A program made the translations under genes and the position numbers. 64,000 bases of DNA from Eledone cirrhosa (Eukaryota). Shown here one piece after another: positions 40,133 through 56,174 of this stretch (its first letter is position 1; every line of letters starts with the position of its first letter). A model generated the notes under the pieces. That model did no database searches and was not told the DNA's origin. It saw only the letters and a list, made by a program, of their open reading frames with translations. The stretch is from NCBI GenBank assembly GCA_964016885.1, contig OZ024754.1, positions 13,268,001-13,332,000 of the forward strand. Reading direction: 5' to 3'.

Positions 40133-41455
40133 TTATACACACATACACACACACGTATAAATACACACACACACACATACAGACACATATGAATACACAC
40201 ACACATACACACAAACACACATACACACACACATATGAATACACACACAGACACATATGAATACACACATACATGTACAGACACATATGAATACACACAC
40301 ATACACACATACACACATACACACATACACACATATATATGTATACACACGCATACGCAACACATGTAAATACACACACATACACTCATACACACATATA
40401 TATGTATACACACGCATACGCAACACATGTAAATACACACATATACACACATACACATACACACATATATATACACACACACATACACACACACATATAA
40501 ATACACGCACATACACGCATTCACACACATATATATATACACACATATGCACAACACATATTATGAATACACACACATACACACACATATATATACACAC
40601 ATATACACAACACATATAAATACACACACATACACACATACACAACACATATAAATACACATACATACACACATACACAGACATATATATACACACACAT
40701 ACATAACACATATAAATACACACATATACACACATACACATACACACATATATATATATACACACACACATATAAATACACGCACATACGCACATTCACA
40801 CGCATATATATATACACACATATACACACCACATATGAATACACACACATGTATATATACACACATATACACAACACATATGAATACACACACATATATA
40901 TATACACACACATACACAACATATATAAATACACACACATACACAACACATAAATACACACACATACACACATACACACAAAGATACAAACATACACACA
41001 TATATACGCAGACATACACACATATATACATATATACATACACATATATACCAATATACACGCACACATACATACGCACATCTATACACACAATATACAC
41101 ATACATACACACACATATACACATACATATATACACACATGTACACATACACACATATATATACACACACATACACACACATATAAATACACACACATAC
41201 AAACAAAGATACAAACATACACACACATATATACACAGACATACACACATATACACACATATACATACACATATATACCATATTCACGCACACATACACA
41301 CATACGCACATCTATACACACAATATACACACCAACATATACACATATACACACACATGTACACATATACACACATATATAAACACATACACACACATAT
41401 TCACATATACACACATACATACATACACATGTACACATACATACATATACACACC
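40133..41455. repeat. Degenerate (CA)/(TA) low-complexity tract
   Basis: Direct reading. Confidence 0.9.
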
Positions 41456-41571
41456 AAAAAAAAAAAAATCACTTGCATCCATAATCTATCGCCATCTTAG
41501 AAATAACTAATACTTCAACTATCACAATAAAACAATGTCAGCATCTTTTACTGGTTCCCCCATTTAAATAT

Positions 41572-42862
41572 AACCACCACTACCACAACCACCACCACTA
41601 TCACCACTACCACCACTACCACCACTACCACCACTTAAATATAGCCACCACTACCACTATACCACCACAACCACCACTACCACCACTTCCACCACTTAAA
41701 TATAGCCACCACTACCACTATACCACCACTACTACTATACCACCACTACTACCACCACTAACACCACTTCCACCACTTAAATATAGCCCCACTAACATCA
41801 TCACCACAACCACCACCACCACCACCACCACCACTACCACCACTACCACCACTACCATCACTACCACCAATACCATCACTACCACCACTTAAATATAGCC
41901 ACCACTACCACTACCACCACCACCACCACCACTACCACCACTACCACTATACCACCACTACCGCTACCACCACCACCACCACCACTACCACCACTACCAC
42001 TATACCACCACTACCACCACTACCACCACTGCCACCATTACAACTACTACCACCACTACCACCTCTACCACCACTACCACCACCACTACCATTACCACCA
42101 CTACCACCACTACCACCATTACCACCACCACCAACACTACCACGACTACCAGCACTACCACCACTACCACCACCACTACCACCACTACAACCACTACCAC
42201 GACTACCACCACTACCATCACTACCACCACCACCACCACTACCACCTCTACCACCACTACAACAACTACCACCACCACCATCATCAAACTACCACCACTA
42301 CCACCATCATCATCAAACTACCACCATCACCACCATCATCAAACTACCACTACCACCACCATCATCATCAAACTACCACCACCATCATCATCAAACTACC
42401 ACCACCACCGCCATCATCAAACTCCCACCACCACCACCATCATCATCAAACTACCACCACCACCACCACCATTATCAAACTACCACCACCACCACCATCA
42501 TCATCAAACTACAACCACCACCACCATCATCATCAAACTACCACCACCACCACCATCATCATCAAACTACCAGCACCAGCACCACCATCATCAAACTACC
42601 ACACCACCACCACCACCATCATCAAACTACCATCACCACCAACACCATCAATTAAACTACCACCACCACCACCATCATCAAACTATCACCACCACCACCA
42701 TCCTGAAACTACCCCCACCAACACCATCATCACACTATCCCCACCAACACCACCATCAAACCACTACCACCAACATCATCATCAAACTACCACCACCACC
42801 AACATCATCAAACTACCCCCACCAACACTATCATCACACTACCGCCACCAACACTACCATCA
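41572..42862. repeat. (ACC/ACT)n trinucleotide tract evolving into a roughly 24-27-bp CATCATCAAACTACCACC.. unit
   Basis: Direct reading. Confidence 0.9.
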
Positions 42863-42863
42863 A

Positions 42864-42948
<85 letters not shown>

Positions 42949-42950
<2 letters not shown>

Positions 42951-43051
42951 AAAAGAATCAGGACCCCGACGGCTGAGCTCCGGCCGTTTCGACAGCTAGA
43001 GTACTTTGGTGCATTATGGTCCACCTGGTTCCTTACCACACTTCCCTCGTT
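42949..43051. mobile_element. PLE family D two-armed stub; others at 45704-45876, 54219-54412, 56982-57121, 58664-58725, 59766-59957
   Basis: Shared GACCCCGACGGCTGAGCTCAAGCCGTTTCGAC arm and GAGTACT..TGGTTCCTTACCACA tail; contains the HHR 3' half GAAACGGCT..AGCCGTC GGGG. Confidence 0.85.
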
Positions 43052-43068
43052 ATATATATATATTTATA

Positions 43069-43888
43069 TATTGTTATACTTTGGGAGGGTGAGGTTGCCA
43101 ATAAGAAACACACGCACCAGTTGCTTTCACTCCAATTTATTATAAGTTAAATTAAATTATAAATTTAAGAAATTTATAACTTTTGGTTGGTTGGTTCCGC
43201 AACCGGACGGTTGTTCACATATTGTCAAAGTTCTTTCGTCACATATTCTGTGACCTCATCAGTGACCTGGGATTCTTTTAATACCTGATCCACCGAAACC
43301 CTGCTGTTTCGGATCGCACCAAAATCAACATACTGATTGCGGATTTAGGCAATGTTTAGACAAATCACAGAGGCAATAAACATAAATGAACTCCAACCAA
43401 AATTAAATAGAAAACATGAATGGAATAGCAGCATCATAAATTACAATTAAGGACAAAATAAAGACACACATAGAACAAACAACCTACTAATAACATATAA
43501 ATAAACAAATAAAAACAGACACAGGCACCCGGATGTAACACATGCGCAAACTAAGCACACAACACAAACACACAAACAAGATGGCGTAGGACAGAACAAA
43601 GGAGAGGCACAAAACAAAGAAAAGAATCCCCGGTCACTGATGAGGTCACAGAATGTGTGACGAAAGAACTTTGACAATATATGAACAACCGTCCGGTTGT
43701 GGAACCAACCAACCAACTGAAAGTTATAAATTTCTTAAATTTATAATTTAATTTAACTTGTAATAAATTTGAGTGAAAAAACTGGTGCGTGTGTTTCTTA
43801 TTGGCAACATGACCCTCCCAAAGTATAACAATATCGGTTTCAACACACGTTTTCAGATAAAGAATCTTGCTAAACAAATTCAAAAACA
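43069..43888 (+). mobile_element. PLE family G fold-back; tail fragment also at 47335-47397 (-)
   Basis: Arms 43069-43278 / 43621-43833 plus a tail of about 55 nt. Confidence 0.9.
43633..43675 (+). ncRNA. Type I hammerhead, family G (mirror 43224-43266, - strand)
   Basis: GTCA CTGATGA g GTCACA gaatg TGTGAC GAAA G aa C TT TGAC. Confidence 0.88.
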
Positions 43889-43917
43889 ACACACACACAC
43901 ACATATATATATATATA

Positions 43918-44385
43918 AGAGAGTATTGTAGTTTGCTTGAAGCATTGTGGAATAATAAGATTTATTTTCTTTTGGTCGTTTTGGAAGCCTCAACAATAAA
44001 GATGGGTAATTCTCCGGGTAACAAGAATCTGGTGGTGAAGAGAGAGATGTAAGTGAATGTAGAATGAGATGTATAGTGTGTAGAAGAACGTAGGGAAGAG
44101 CGTAAAAAATAAAAAATAAAAATAATAACACGAGATACAGTTATTTGGGAGAGATTTAATTGTCCCTATATTTCGGATTCACATCCATCAACTGGGGGGG
44201 GGGGTCCGGGGGGGAAGGTTATCTGTCGGAGAGGACAGGCATCGCTCTTCTCCGACATATAACCTCCCACATAACCTCACTATACATCTCATTCTACATT
44301 CACTTACATCTCTCTCTTCACCACCCGATCTTGTTACCCGGAGAATTACCCATCTGCATTGCTTCCAAAACGACCAAAAGAAAAA

Positions 44386-44386
<1 letters not shown>
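43918..44386 (-). mobile_element. Fold-back insertion (family K), no HHR seen
   Basis: Arms about 43965-44078 / 44278-44384 with a 45-nt extension on the left arm; (TA)n flanks. Confidence 0.7.
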
Positions 44387-44447
<61 letters not shown>

Positions 44448-45242
44448 GTCTGTGTGTCTTTACACATGCATACTTGTATATTTATATTGTTATAATTTGC
44501 ACGATTGGTACCTTAAACTGATGACCGATAGAGAAATATATGGAAAAAAGAAAGAAACTTTGTTTACAAACATTAATACAAAAACTCGTTTCAATTCAAG
44601 AACTTCACTGCGGAAGAAATTTACACATTTATTGAATAGCAATAACGGTCGAAAGAGATTTTGGAAAAATGATCGGTTTCATTGTGCAGTGAATATCAAT
44701 AGTCGGAATTCATAAATATATATCAATGAATTGATCATCTATCTGATTGTTTACCTGCATTGAATAGACTTCCTGATTTATAAAAGTACAAACATTTATC
44801 TCCCTTTATATCCGCTCTTCAATGACCAAATATCAAAACTGATGCTATCACTAATGATGGCAAGATTGTATGGTTGTAAAAACAATTTTTCTCGTTCGTT
44901 TTAAACCAGATTTTGTCACCATGCTTTTGACATTACAACTTTGTGGTTTGTTTTATATTTGTTAGGCGAGTTAGGTAAAACATTTGTAGTTGAATCTAAA
45001 GTGTTAGTATTCACTTAACAATTGTGTTTTAGGCAAATAATGGCCTTACTTGATTTCTCTGTTATTATGAGATATTATGTACCGTTGCTCATAAATTTTG
45101 TCCAACAGAGTTTCGAAATTTTAAAAAGAAAGAATATAAAAAAAAATTACACGACAGTAAAAAAACATGTAACTATAAAATTAAATCAATTTGCACACAA
45201 GTTACATATATATATACAGTATATAATATATTTATATATATA

Positions 45243-45318
<76 letters not shown>

Positions 45319-45340
45319 AAATATATATATATATATAATA

Positions 45341-45502
<162 letters not shown>

Positions 45503-45511
45503 TTATATATA

Positions 45512-45548
<37 letters not shown>

Positions 45549-45883
45549 ATAATAATAAATTTGAAGACTAAAATCCAAAGAGGACTCGATAAGGATAAAT
45601 ATATATTAAATATATAAGAACCCTAGAGCAAATATTTATTAAAATAACAGGATGAAACTTTAATCTGTTATTTTAATAAATAAATATATATAATATATAT
45701 ATAGGAAGATGTTCAACCCCGTCGGCAGAGCTCAAGCATTTCGACGGCTATTTCTGGACGGCTTGAGCTCTGCCGTCGGGGTTGAACATTTTTCTATTAC
45801 CCACTCTATTACCCTAAGTATTGAGTACTCTGGTACCTTAGGGTCCATCTGGTTCCTTACCACACTTCCTTCATTACATATAT

Positions 45884-45932
<49 letters not shown>

Positions 45933-46121
45933 GTATATGTATATTTATTCGTTTATATATATATATGTATATAAATACATAATAGGAGAAAGCTAATAGC
46001 GATACTCCGGCCAAATTCCAACTCACTCAACAAACATTAGGAAATACCTGAGTATATTCCTAATTAAACGTTCGGGGTGCTAACTAATTGTATTGTGTGG
46101 AAAATATATATGTATATATAT

Positions 46122-46698
46122 AATTGAGATGAGCGGAACAAGTAAACATTAAATAATCTTTTAAATAAAATAAAATATGATTTAAATATTTACCTATCCA
46201 AAATGCTATTACCGACGGTTTCGCTTCACAAAAGATTGGAAATCCAGAGAATTTCCAACAGAAAGATCAGCTCTTCAGATAGCGTAGGTCGTATAGTCTC
46301 ACAGTTTCTAAATATTTCGCCTACTCCCAGCTAGTATGAGGTCAGGCCGTTAAAGTGACCCACACATAAACTGGTCGTTAGTAAAAGCGGGAATTTTATA
46401 GACGTGTTATTTGCCACGCCACTAAAAATAGCAGCAAGGTACAACGGTTCCGCTGCACAACATTTCCAACGGGAATTCTCTGGATTTCCAATCTTTTGTG
46501 AAGTGAAACCGTCGGTAATAGCATTTTGGATAGGTAAATATTTAAATCGTATTTTAATTTATTTAAAAGATTATTTAATGTTTACTTGTTCCGCTCATGT
46601 CAATTTTATAGTTCTGGTATCTCAAATTAATACCATTGAACAACAAATGTATTATAGACACCCTATATATTTCCGTGGGTACTTAGTACCTGTGGGTA
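46122..46698 (+). mobile_element. PLE family H fold-back
   Basis: Arms 46122-46256 / 46471-46605 plus a tail of about 90 nt. Confidence 0.85.
46205..46283 (-). ncRNA. Type I hammerhead with extended stem II, family H
   Basis: GCTAT CTGAAGA GCT..TTGGAAAT tctctgg ATTTCCAA..AGC GAA ACC gtc GGT A ATAGC. Confidence 0.85.
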
Positions 46699-46703
46699 TA
46701 TAT

Positions 46704-47160
46704 TGTTCGTCTGGTTTTATAATTTCACAAATTTTTACCAATAGAGAGAGAGTCGGTTTCTAACTTAGACACAAGACTCTCTCATTGGAATTTACACAAA
46801 ATCAACTAGGTAGATATGTATGCATGCAGGTGTAGATATGGATGTTATTGTATGTGTGGATGTGGATGTTTTAAGTTGTTTGTGTGCATGTATATATATG
46901 CTTTGTACCTGTACATATGTATATGCTGTTATTAGATGCAACATTTTTGGAATGTTTTACATATTTTTACTGTTCCATTAATGGATTGTACTTGTAATTT
47001 CCTAACTAGTTGTGTTCTTTCTGTTTCTGTGAAGCCCAGCTTCTCAAGATTTGTATTGAGGCAGTTACTAACATATCCCAGTGCCCCAACAATCACAGGC
47101 ATAAATCTGAAGGTGTAATCAGGGTGGAGTATCTGCAGATTTCTCATCAGTTCTGCATAA
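46704..47160 (-). mobile_element. 5'-truncated R4/Dong family 1 copy
   Basis: Highly similar to 10415-10869; encodes YAELMRNLQILHPDY..KICKTFQKCCI; (TACA)n at the 5' junction. Confidence 0.92.
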
Positions 47161-47888
47161 ATGTATGTATGTATGTATGTATGTATGTATGTATGTATGT
47201 ATGTATGTATGTATGTATGTATGTATTTATGTATGTATGTATGTATGTATGTACGTACGTGTGTATGTATGTATGTATGTATAAATGTATGTATGTATGT
47301 ATGTATGTATGTATGCAGATATATAACTATACATTTATGTATCTGTTCTGCAAGATTCTTGATGTGAAATCGTGTGTTGAAACCGATAGTGTTATAGAAA
47401 TGCCATAGAAACACCTTATGAAAATACGGCGTTTCTATGGTTCCCTCTGGAGTTATGGGATTAAGAATAAGAAGACTTTGTTAATACTTTATTTTATCGA
47501 CCTCGAAACTCAGAAGCTAAAACACCAGAACAACTACTGCTAGGCATTTGTCCGACATTCTAACGGAGGATAGAATGGAAGGGATTAACCTAGAGTTAAC
47601 ATAGAGTAGAATTGTAATACAACAGTTTCCACAGAAACGAGAGACATCTTTCATTCTGCAAATGGGATTTGAAAGAAGGAAATCTTTCACATTTCCTATG
47701 AAGCTTGTATTTGTAAACAACTAGTGAACGAGTACACTGCTGAATTCTCTCGTGGTTCATACTGAGTTCACCACCAACATTTGTAATTTTCTATAATTAG
47801 GCAAACATATGAAAACAATCATGTTTGAAAGTCACTCTTCTTTCTCTCACTCACTCTTTTCTTTCTCTCTCTCCCTCTCTCACTCTTT

Positions 47889-48008
<120 letters not shown>

Positions 48009-48097
48009 ATATATATTTCTCTCTCTTCCCCTCTCTCTCGCTCCCTCCATCTCTCTCTCTCTCATTCTCACTCTTCTCTCTCTCTCACTCACTCTTT

Positions 48098-48134
<37 letters not shown>

Positions 48135-48149
48135 CTCATATAAGTGATC

Positions 48150-48274
48150 GATAGAATAAGTATCAGACTTTGAAAAATCTAAATTCTGTAATCGATATGT
48201 TCGACTAAATGTTTTCAGGTTGCTGCACCGACATGGCCGTAGTCTAATGAGTGAGACGAAAAAGACAAAAGAAT
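48150..48274 (+). mobile_element. Degenerate 3' part of a SINE
   Basis: ATAAGTATCAG..TTCGACTAAA..CATGGCCGTAGTCTAATGA..AAAAGA resembles a SINE tail I recall from Octopus assemblies; not verified. Confidence 0.45.
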
Positions 48275-48390
48275 TATATATATATGCGTGTATGTGTGCG
48301 TGTGTGTGTATGTATATATACGTAGGCGTGTGTGCGTGCATGTATATGTGTCTATGTGTGTTCGTATATACATATATATATATATATATA

Positions 48391-48483
<93 letters not shown>

Positions 48484-48649
48484 CTATATATATATTTGAA
48501 TAATCAAAACCGTAGCGGTATGTCACATATCAAATCTTATATTTTGTCTGATGAAAACGTACTTAAACACCATTGTACCTTTGAAATATGTATAATAAAA
48601 TATATATTTTGATTATGAGAATATTTTTCATTTATTAACATTTTGAATA

Positions 48650-48978
<329 letters not shown>

Positions 48979-49009
48979 TGACAGACAGACAGACAGATAG
49001 AGAGAGATT

Positions 49010-49061
<52 letters not shown>

Positions 49062-49062
<1 letters not shown>

Positions 49063-49548
49063 TTATTAGCCACAGGGGCACAAAAGAAGGGGACAAATAC
49101 AAAGGGGGAAGTTTACATACAATAAAAACGTGTAAAATGCTATCACAGATGGAATTTAAAAGTTAGTCGATTTTCCCCAATAGAGGGAGACAGTTTATAT
49201 GGGTAACACATACCCCCGAAAAAAATGTGCAACCCTCATCTCCAGGAGTACGAAGAGCTTGTACTCCTTTCCTCTCCTCCTCCTTTTCCTCAATCTACAG
49301 GCTGATATAGAGAGAAGGCCCATTCACTCGGGCCATTCTCGCCACTTTCACCCACCTTTCATAAAACTTGCTGGGGTACAGCACCTCTCTCTCCATCCTG
49401 ATTCTTCTTCCAAAGTGATATTTGAAAAAAAGAATCAGTTGTTGGCCGGAGAGAAAGGTGTCTGACCTCAGCCCTTTCAACCTTGTCCACCATACAACCT
49501 CTTTCGCCATAGCTATCACACAAAGGAAAACCGCCTCTCCTTCGTTTT
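49062..49548 (-). mobile_element. Tx1/L1-clade LINE 3' fragment in (GATA)n
   Basis: IAMAKEVVWWTRLKG..FFKYHFGRRIRMERE..FYERW; 3' UTR ends TGTGGCTAATAAA; homologous to 58797-59306. Confidence 0.75.
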
Positions 49549-49549
49549 T

Positions 49550-49630
<81 letters not shown>

Positions 49631-49633
<3 letters not shown>

Positions 49634-50429
49634 GTGGTTACACAACAGTTAGTTCACCATACCGAGAACAATCGTTTCACCTTCGCGGATCTTCAGCTCA
49701 GGATGTGTATGGTTATAGGAACCGGAAGGACAACCGTACGAACGCGCATGCGCAGAAACTCGGTCACTTCACACAGGCAATACTAGACTGCGTGCGGGAG
49801 GTGTAAGGGAGATAACTGCGAAAGTCCGGAAAGTTTTTAGGTTGAAAATAAAATAAAAAAAATTAAAAATAAAATTACGAAGAATCAGTCCGGAGCCTTG
49901 TAGTTTTGCAATAGATATTCAATGGAAAGCCATCACTAAGTCCAAGCCATACGCAAGGGGAAATCCGACGTGTGCCTTATGTATTGACGAACGAATAACT
50001 ATCCTAAAGAGATTACTCAATAGTGATTGCCTAAACACGAGAAGTGAATTTTTCACACGTTGTCCACATGTCACCAAACATCTATTGCAAAACTACAAGG
50101 CTCCGGACTGATTCTTCGTAATTTTATTTTTAATTTTTTGGTTTTATTTTCAACCTAAAAACTTTCCGGACTTTCGCAGTTTTCTCCCTTACACCTCCCG
50201 CACGCAGTCTAGTATTGCCTGTGTGAAGTGACCGAGGTTCTGTGCATGCGCGTTCGTACGGTTGTCCTTCCTGTTCCTATAACCATACACATCCCGAGCT
50301 GAAGATCCGCGAAGGTGAAACAATTGTTCTCGGTATGGTGAACTAACTGTTGTGTAACCACTTCTACCTAACTCGTCCCTCGAACTGAGTGCTCTACCAC
50401 TACGGATATTACCTTTCAGTGTCCACCAC
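49631..50429 (+). mobile_element. PLE family B fold-back, second copy
   Basis: Arms 49631-49916 / 50080-50364 plus tail; 49917-50111 encodes IQWKAITKSKPYARGNPTCALCIDERITILKRLLNSDCLNTRSEFFTRCPHVTKHLLQNYKAPD*. Confidence 0.92.
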
Positions 50430-50452
50430 TATATATATATAATTATATAATC

Positions 50453-50713
50453 TTTTTAAGACTATATAGAGCATTTGTAGTTTTTCCAAATTGAAGGATG
50501 AGTATTTAAGCTTTATTTGATTGAGTTAAGACTCTATTGGTTTTACCCTGGATTTCACAAAATCTGTGGATTCTGTCTTGGTTTTTTTTTAATTGAGTTT
50601 GAATTATTTTCCCATATCTTACGTTAATTATTTTCCATTTTGACGTTATAGTCACTTATATATTATGAAATACTGTTGGCTTCACGCTCACAATAATTTC
50701 TATACTTTCATTT
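50453..50713 (+). mobile_element. Dispersed repeat ending in (TA)n; longer copy about 62846-63530
   Basis: Aligns with 63152-63530 apart from a SINE insertion; probably a PLE 3' region. Confidence 0.7.
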
Positions 50714-50736
50714 ATATATATATATATTTTTTTTTT

Positions 50737-51054
<318 letters not shown>

Positions 51055-51416
51055 GTGAACGTGCAATAATAATATTTATTATCACATTATTGAAATTTGC
51101 ACATTTTGAAGTGTTATAATGTTACACACAATTGCGACAAGTTTCTCACCCGAGGGGCGAGGGATAACAGTAAAATCAATGATTATGCACAGAAAGTGTT
51201 CGTATAGATTCTCACATTGGTGAATACGAGATAATAAATGAAATCGGAAATCATTTATCTGCTGCATGATGATTCTAATGCGATACTTCACACACACGGT
51301 ACAGTTTTGCCATTACTTCGTAGAATCAAAGCAGACATTTTTTTCTACTTGGTCATTTTGTTGATTCACATTAGAAGAAGAAGTGTAGCTACGTAATCTC
51401 CGCCCCAGTAGATACA

Positions 51417-51485
<69 letters not shown>

Positions 51486-51487
51486 GC

Positions 51488-51519
<32 letters not shown>

Positions 51520-51914
51520 TTCTCTCTCTTTGTTCTATCTATCTCTCACTAGTCTCTCTTTCATTTTCTCCTTATAAATTTTTTCCTCTCACTCTTCCTG
51601 TCTCTTTTTCTCTATCTCTCTGTCTCTCTGTCTGTCTTTCTGCCTCTCTGTCTCTTTCTCTCTCTCTCTATCTATCTCTATCTATCCATCTATCTACATT
51701 TCTCTCTATCTCGTTCTTTCTCCCTCTCTGTCTTTTCTTTCTCTCATTCTCCCTCTCTCTCTCTATCTCTCTCTCTCTTCTCATACTCTTTTCTTTCTTT
51801 CTATATCTCTCTCTGAAGTTGTGGAATTCTTTCTTTCTTTAATGATGTAACAGAATCCACTGGGTCTCACTCTATGAGACCATTAAGTGTGGTCTTGAAA
51901 AGGTATAATCCCTT

Positions 51915-51957
<43 letters not shown>

Positions 51958-52370
51958 CACACACACACACGCACGCACAAACGCACGCACACACACACAC
52001 ACACAAACACATGCATACACAACCCACACACATTAGGAAGGATCTGTTTACAGTAGGAAACAGAGGATTGCCACAAACTAAACAAAGAACTCCATACACC
52101 TGGTGTAGTGAATTAGATATTTCCTATTTATTTATAAATTCACAGATTTCTACATTTCATTCTTGAAACCCTGAGAAATCAGAAAGAATCACCTTATAGG
52201 TAGATTGTTAATTAAAGTTAGAAAGAAGGCGGGGACTAAAAGAAAGGAATGGAAGAACGGAAGGGTGACCAGAGATGGGACTTTGCCCGCAATAGTCAGA
52301 GATAAGGAGAGCCGGAGAGACGGGGACAGTGACAGTAGGAATTTGCTTCTTTGGTGTTCAGACCTGGTGT

Positions 52371-52592
52371 CTCTAGCGATCGATTTTCGTCAAATCGGAC
52401 CGAGAAAACAATGTTTCCGTCGGTCTTTCCAGTTGCTAGTACTATCTATCGGTCGCAAATCCAGGTAGAAGGAACAACGTGAAATAAAGTGTCTTGCCCA
52501 AGGGCATAACGCATCGCCGGGTCCACGAATCGAACTCACAACCTCAAGATTGTGAATCCAATTCTCTAACCACTCAGCCACACGCCTTCACT
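52371..52592 (-). mobile_element. tRNA SINE, V-domain-like family 2, with TSD
   Basis: Same family as 33915-34342; TSD AGACCTGGTGT at 52360-52370 and 52593-52603. Confidence 0.9.
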
Positions 52593-52644
52593 AGACCTGG
52601 TGTATATATGTGTATATAAAGAGAGAATGAGTATTTGGTAGTAT

Positions 52645-54158
52645 CTATATATAAAACGTTATATAATATATCAAATCATATAATTTATGAAACGTTATAT
52701 AACATATGAAATTATATAATATATGGAACATTATATAACATATGGAATTATATAATATATGGAACATTATATAACGTATGAAATTATATAATATATGGAA
52801 CATTATATAACATATGAAATTATATAATATATGGAACATTATATAACATATGAAATTATAGAATATATGGAACATTATATAACATATGAAATTATATAGT
52901 ATATGGAACATTATATGACATATGAAATTATATAATATATGGAACATTATATAACATGTGAAATTATATAATATATGGAACATTATATAACATATGAAAT
53001 TATATAATATATGGGACATTATATAACATATGAAATTATATAATTTATGGAACATTATATAACATATGAAATTATATAATATATGGAACATTATATAACA
53101 TATGAAATTATATAATATATGGAACATTATATAACATATGAAATTATATAATATATGGAACATTATATAACATATGGAATTATATAATATATGGAACATT
53201 ATATAACATATAAAATTATATAATATATGGAACATTATATAACATGAAATTATATAATATATGGAACATTATATAACATATGAAATTATACAATATATTG
53301 AACATTATATAACATATTAAATTATATAATATATGGAACATTATATAACATATGAAATTATATAATATATGGAACATTATATAACATATGAAGGTATATA
53401 ATATATGGAACATTGTATAACATATGAATTTATATAATATATGGAACATTATATAACATATGAAATTATACAATATATGGAACATTATATAACATATGAA
53501 ATTATATAATATATGGAACATTATATAACATATGAAATTATATAATATATGGAACATTATATAACATATGAAATTATATAATATATGGAAAAGTATATAA
53601 CATATGAAATAATATAATATATGGAGCATTATATAACATATGAAATTATATAATATATGGAACATTATATAACATATGAAATTATATAATATATGGAACA
53701 TTATATAACATATGAAATTATATAATATATGGAACGGTATATAACATGAAATTATATCAAATATGAGACGTTATATAACATATGAAATCATATAATATAT
53801 AGCGTTATATAACATATGATATCATATAATATATAGCGTTATATAACATATGAAATCCTATAATATATGAGAAGTTTATAACATATGATATCATATAATA
53901 TATAGCGTTATATAACATGATATCATATAATATATATAACGTTATATACCATATAAAATTATATAATATATAACTGTTTCTACTTTTGGCACAAGGCCAG
54001 CAATTATCTCAGTGTATTACTGGTACTTTATTTTATCGACCCCGTAAAGATGAAAGACAAAGTTAACCTCGGCGGAATTTGAACTCAGATCATGAAGGGC
54101 CGTAACTCTTTGCTGCAAATATATATATATAACGTTATATAACATATGATATAATATA

Positions 54159-54220
<62 letters not shown>

Positions 54221-54409
54221 CGAAGGAAATGTGGTAAGGAACCAGGTGGACCATAACACACCAAAGTACTCAATACTTGAGGTAGTAGAGTGGGTAATAG
54301 GAACCAGTAAGACCCCGACAGCTGAGCTCAAGCCGTTTCGACGGCTAATTCTGGACTCAGAATTAGCCGTCGAAACGGCTTGAGCTCAGCTGTCGGGGTC
54401 TTACTAGTT

Positions 54410-54464
<55 letters not shown>

Positions 54465-54545
54465 CGTTATATAACATGCTATCATATAATATATATAACG
54501 TTATATACCATATGGAATTATATAATATATGAGAAGTTATATATA
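52645..54545. repeat. 36-bp minisatellite (TATATAACATATGAAATTATATAATATATGGAACAT)n interrupted by a SINE (53974-54116, -) and a family D fold-back (54219-54412)
   Basis: 12-aa periodic ORF MFHILYNFICYI; units resume at 54125 and 54460. Confidence 0.92.
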
Positions 54546-55152
54546 AAATAATCTATAAATGAGAATTAAGCCGCAATGAAAAGATTGCATGTAGTAAAAT
54601 AATATATGAAATAATTTACGATATGATGGTTATTCACGGAATCTAGGAATGTTATGCAATTGAATAAACTGATATTATTAAGTAGTACAACTTTAAAAGT
54701 ACATACGGTCGGATTTTAGAGTAATTTTATTCTATTCACATGTTAATTTAAGAACTAATGTATAAGGGGAAATATAATAATGTAGTCACATAATTTATGA
54801 ATGGAGGTAATTAATAATAGAGATACAAGAACAACATACCAAAACAAACAACAATGGCCGCATAAATATTGAAATGCATGAAGAAGCGAAGAAGACTCTT
54901 GTTGTAAATTGGAAATATCTAGTGGAAAAACCAGCAGCTGCCTAACTATCAAATGAGGTCGATATTTCATTCTATAAATAAATAGTTATAATTAAATGTA
55001 AGATAATTAAACTATTTTTGTGCCAAAAGGTGTTAAACATACATTAATATAGGAAGAGACAATTGTTGATGTAAGGAATTAGAATTGTCATGAGTGCCAG
55101 CACTGGAAGAACTATACACTCTGACAAAAACAGATACCAGCGTATAAAAGAG

Positions 55153-55195
<43 letters not shown>

Positions 55196-55287
55196 GTCAA
55201 TATGAATGGACTTCTTATTTTTATCTAAATACATTTTTTCCAATTCCACCCCGCCCGTCCCTTCTATCTATCTTATTTCTCATTCTT

Positions 55288-55323
55288 TCTTCTGATGAAG
55301 GACTAGCGTCCGAAACGTTAAGA
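55288..55323 (+). ncRNA. Minimal type I hammerhead lacking a stem III loop (dimer-type); degenerate copy 38218-38253
   Basis: TCTT CTGATGA a GGAC tagc GTCC GAAAC GTT AAGA; palindrome AACGTT. Confidence 0.88.
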
Positions 55324-55400
55324 CCCACATCCTGCTATTTCAAGCGTGAACCTAATATATTCCTTTCATATACTGTCCCGATTGTGTTGTTATTTCTGTT

Positions 55401-55446
<46 letters not shown>

Positions 55447-55451
<5 letters not shown>

Positions 55452-56174
55452 TAAATACAATATCGGAGAAAGCTTTTTAGCGATACTCCGGCCAAATTCC
55501 AACTCACTCAACAAACATTAAGAAATAAGTGATTATTTTCCCAATTATGCGTTCGGGGTGCTAACTAAAAGTATTGCGTGGAAAATTGGCTGTATTATTT
55601 CATATGAGACATATCGAATATGCTTCCCAGACGGACGTCTCGTTTCATTATAGGATTCCTACAATTTGGGTTAAATTATACCAATTTATGTAGGAGCTTG
55701 TATAGCATCAATAGGTGTATATTCAAGTGGGCTCCTATAATTCATCAGTGGGTGCCCCAATAATACTAATATTGATAATCTAACCAACATCAGTATTTAG
55801 CGATAATCATCATCTGTCCCTGAGGTATCTATCAGGTTGCCAGTCCAGCAGTTCTAAAGAAATGCTTAAACTGATTCAAAATTGAGGAAGTAAATTACTG
55901 CAAAAAAAAACAATACATGCGCATGGCAATGAACGCGAAAAGGAATTCAGGCCACCTGCTAAGAACTCAATTGGAAATTGAAAAAATATCTATGTGTGTA
56001 CAACATTTGATGACACACAGATATTTTCTCGGGCAAAATAACAGAATGAGATATAAGGAACAATCAATATTCATATATAAAAAATAAACAAAGAAATGCT
56101 AACCTTATACCGGGAAAATTTCAATTCTGCTGCGCCAAGAGTAAATAAATAAATACAATATCGGAGAAAGCTTT
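55447..56174 (-). mobile_element. PLE terminal repeat with start of a second tandem copy (56143-56174); stub also at 45973-46104
   Basis: AAATACAATATCGGAGAAAGCTTT repeated directly; HHR inside. Confidence 0.75.
55626..55752 (-). ncRNA. Type I hammerhead with a long branched stem II
   Basis: CCCA CTGATGA ATTATAGGA [about 80 nt] TCCTATAAT GAAAC gagacgtcc GTC TGGG. Confidence 0.8.
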
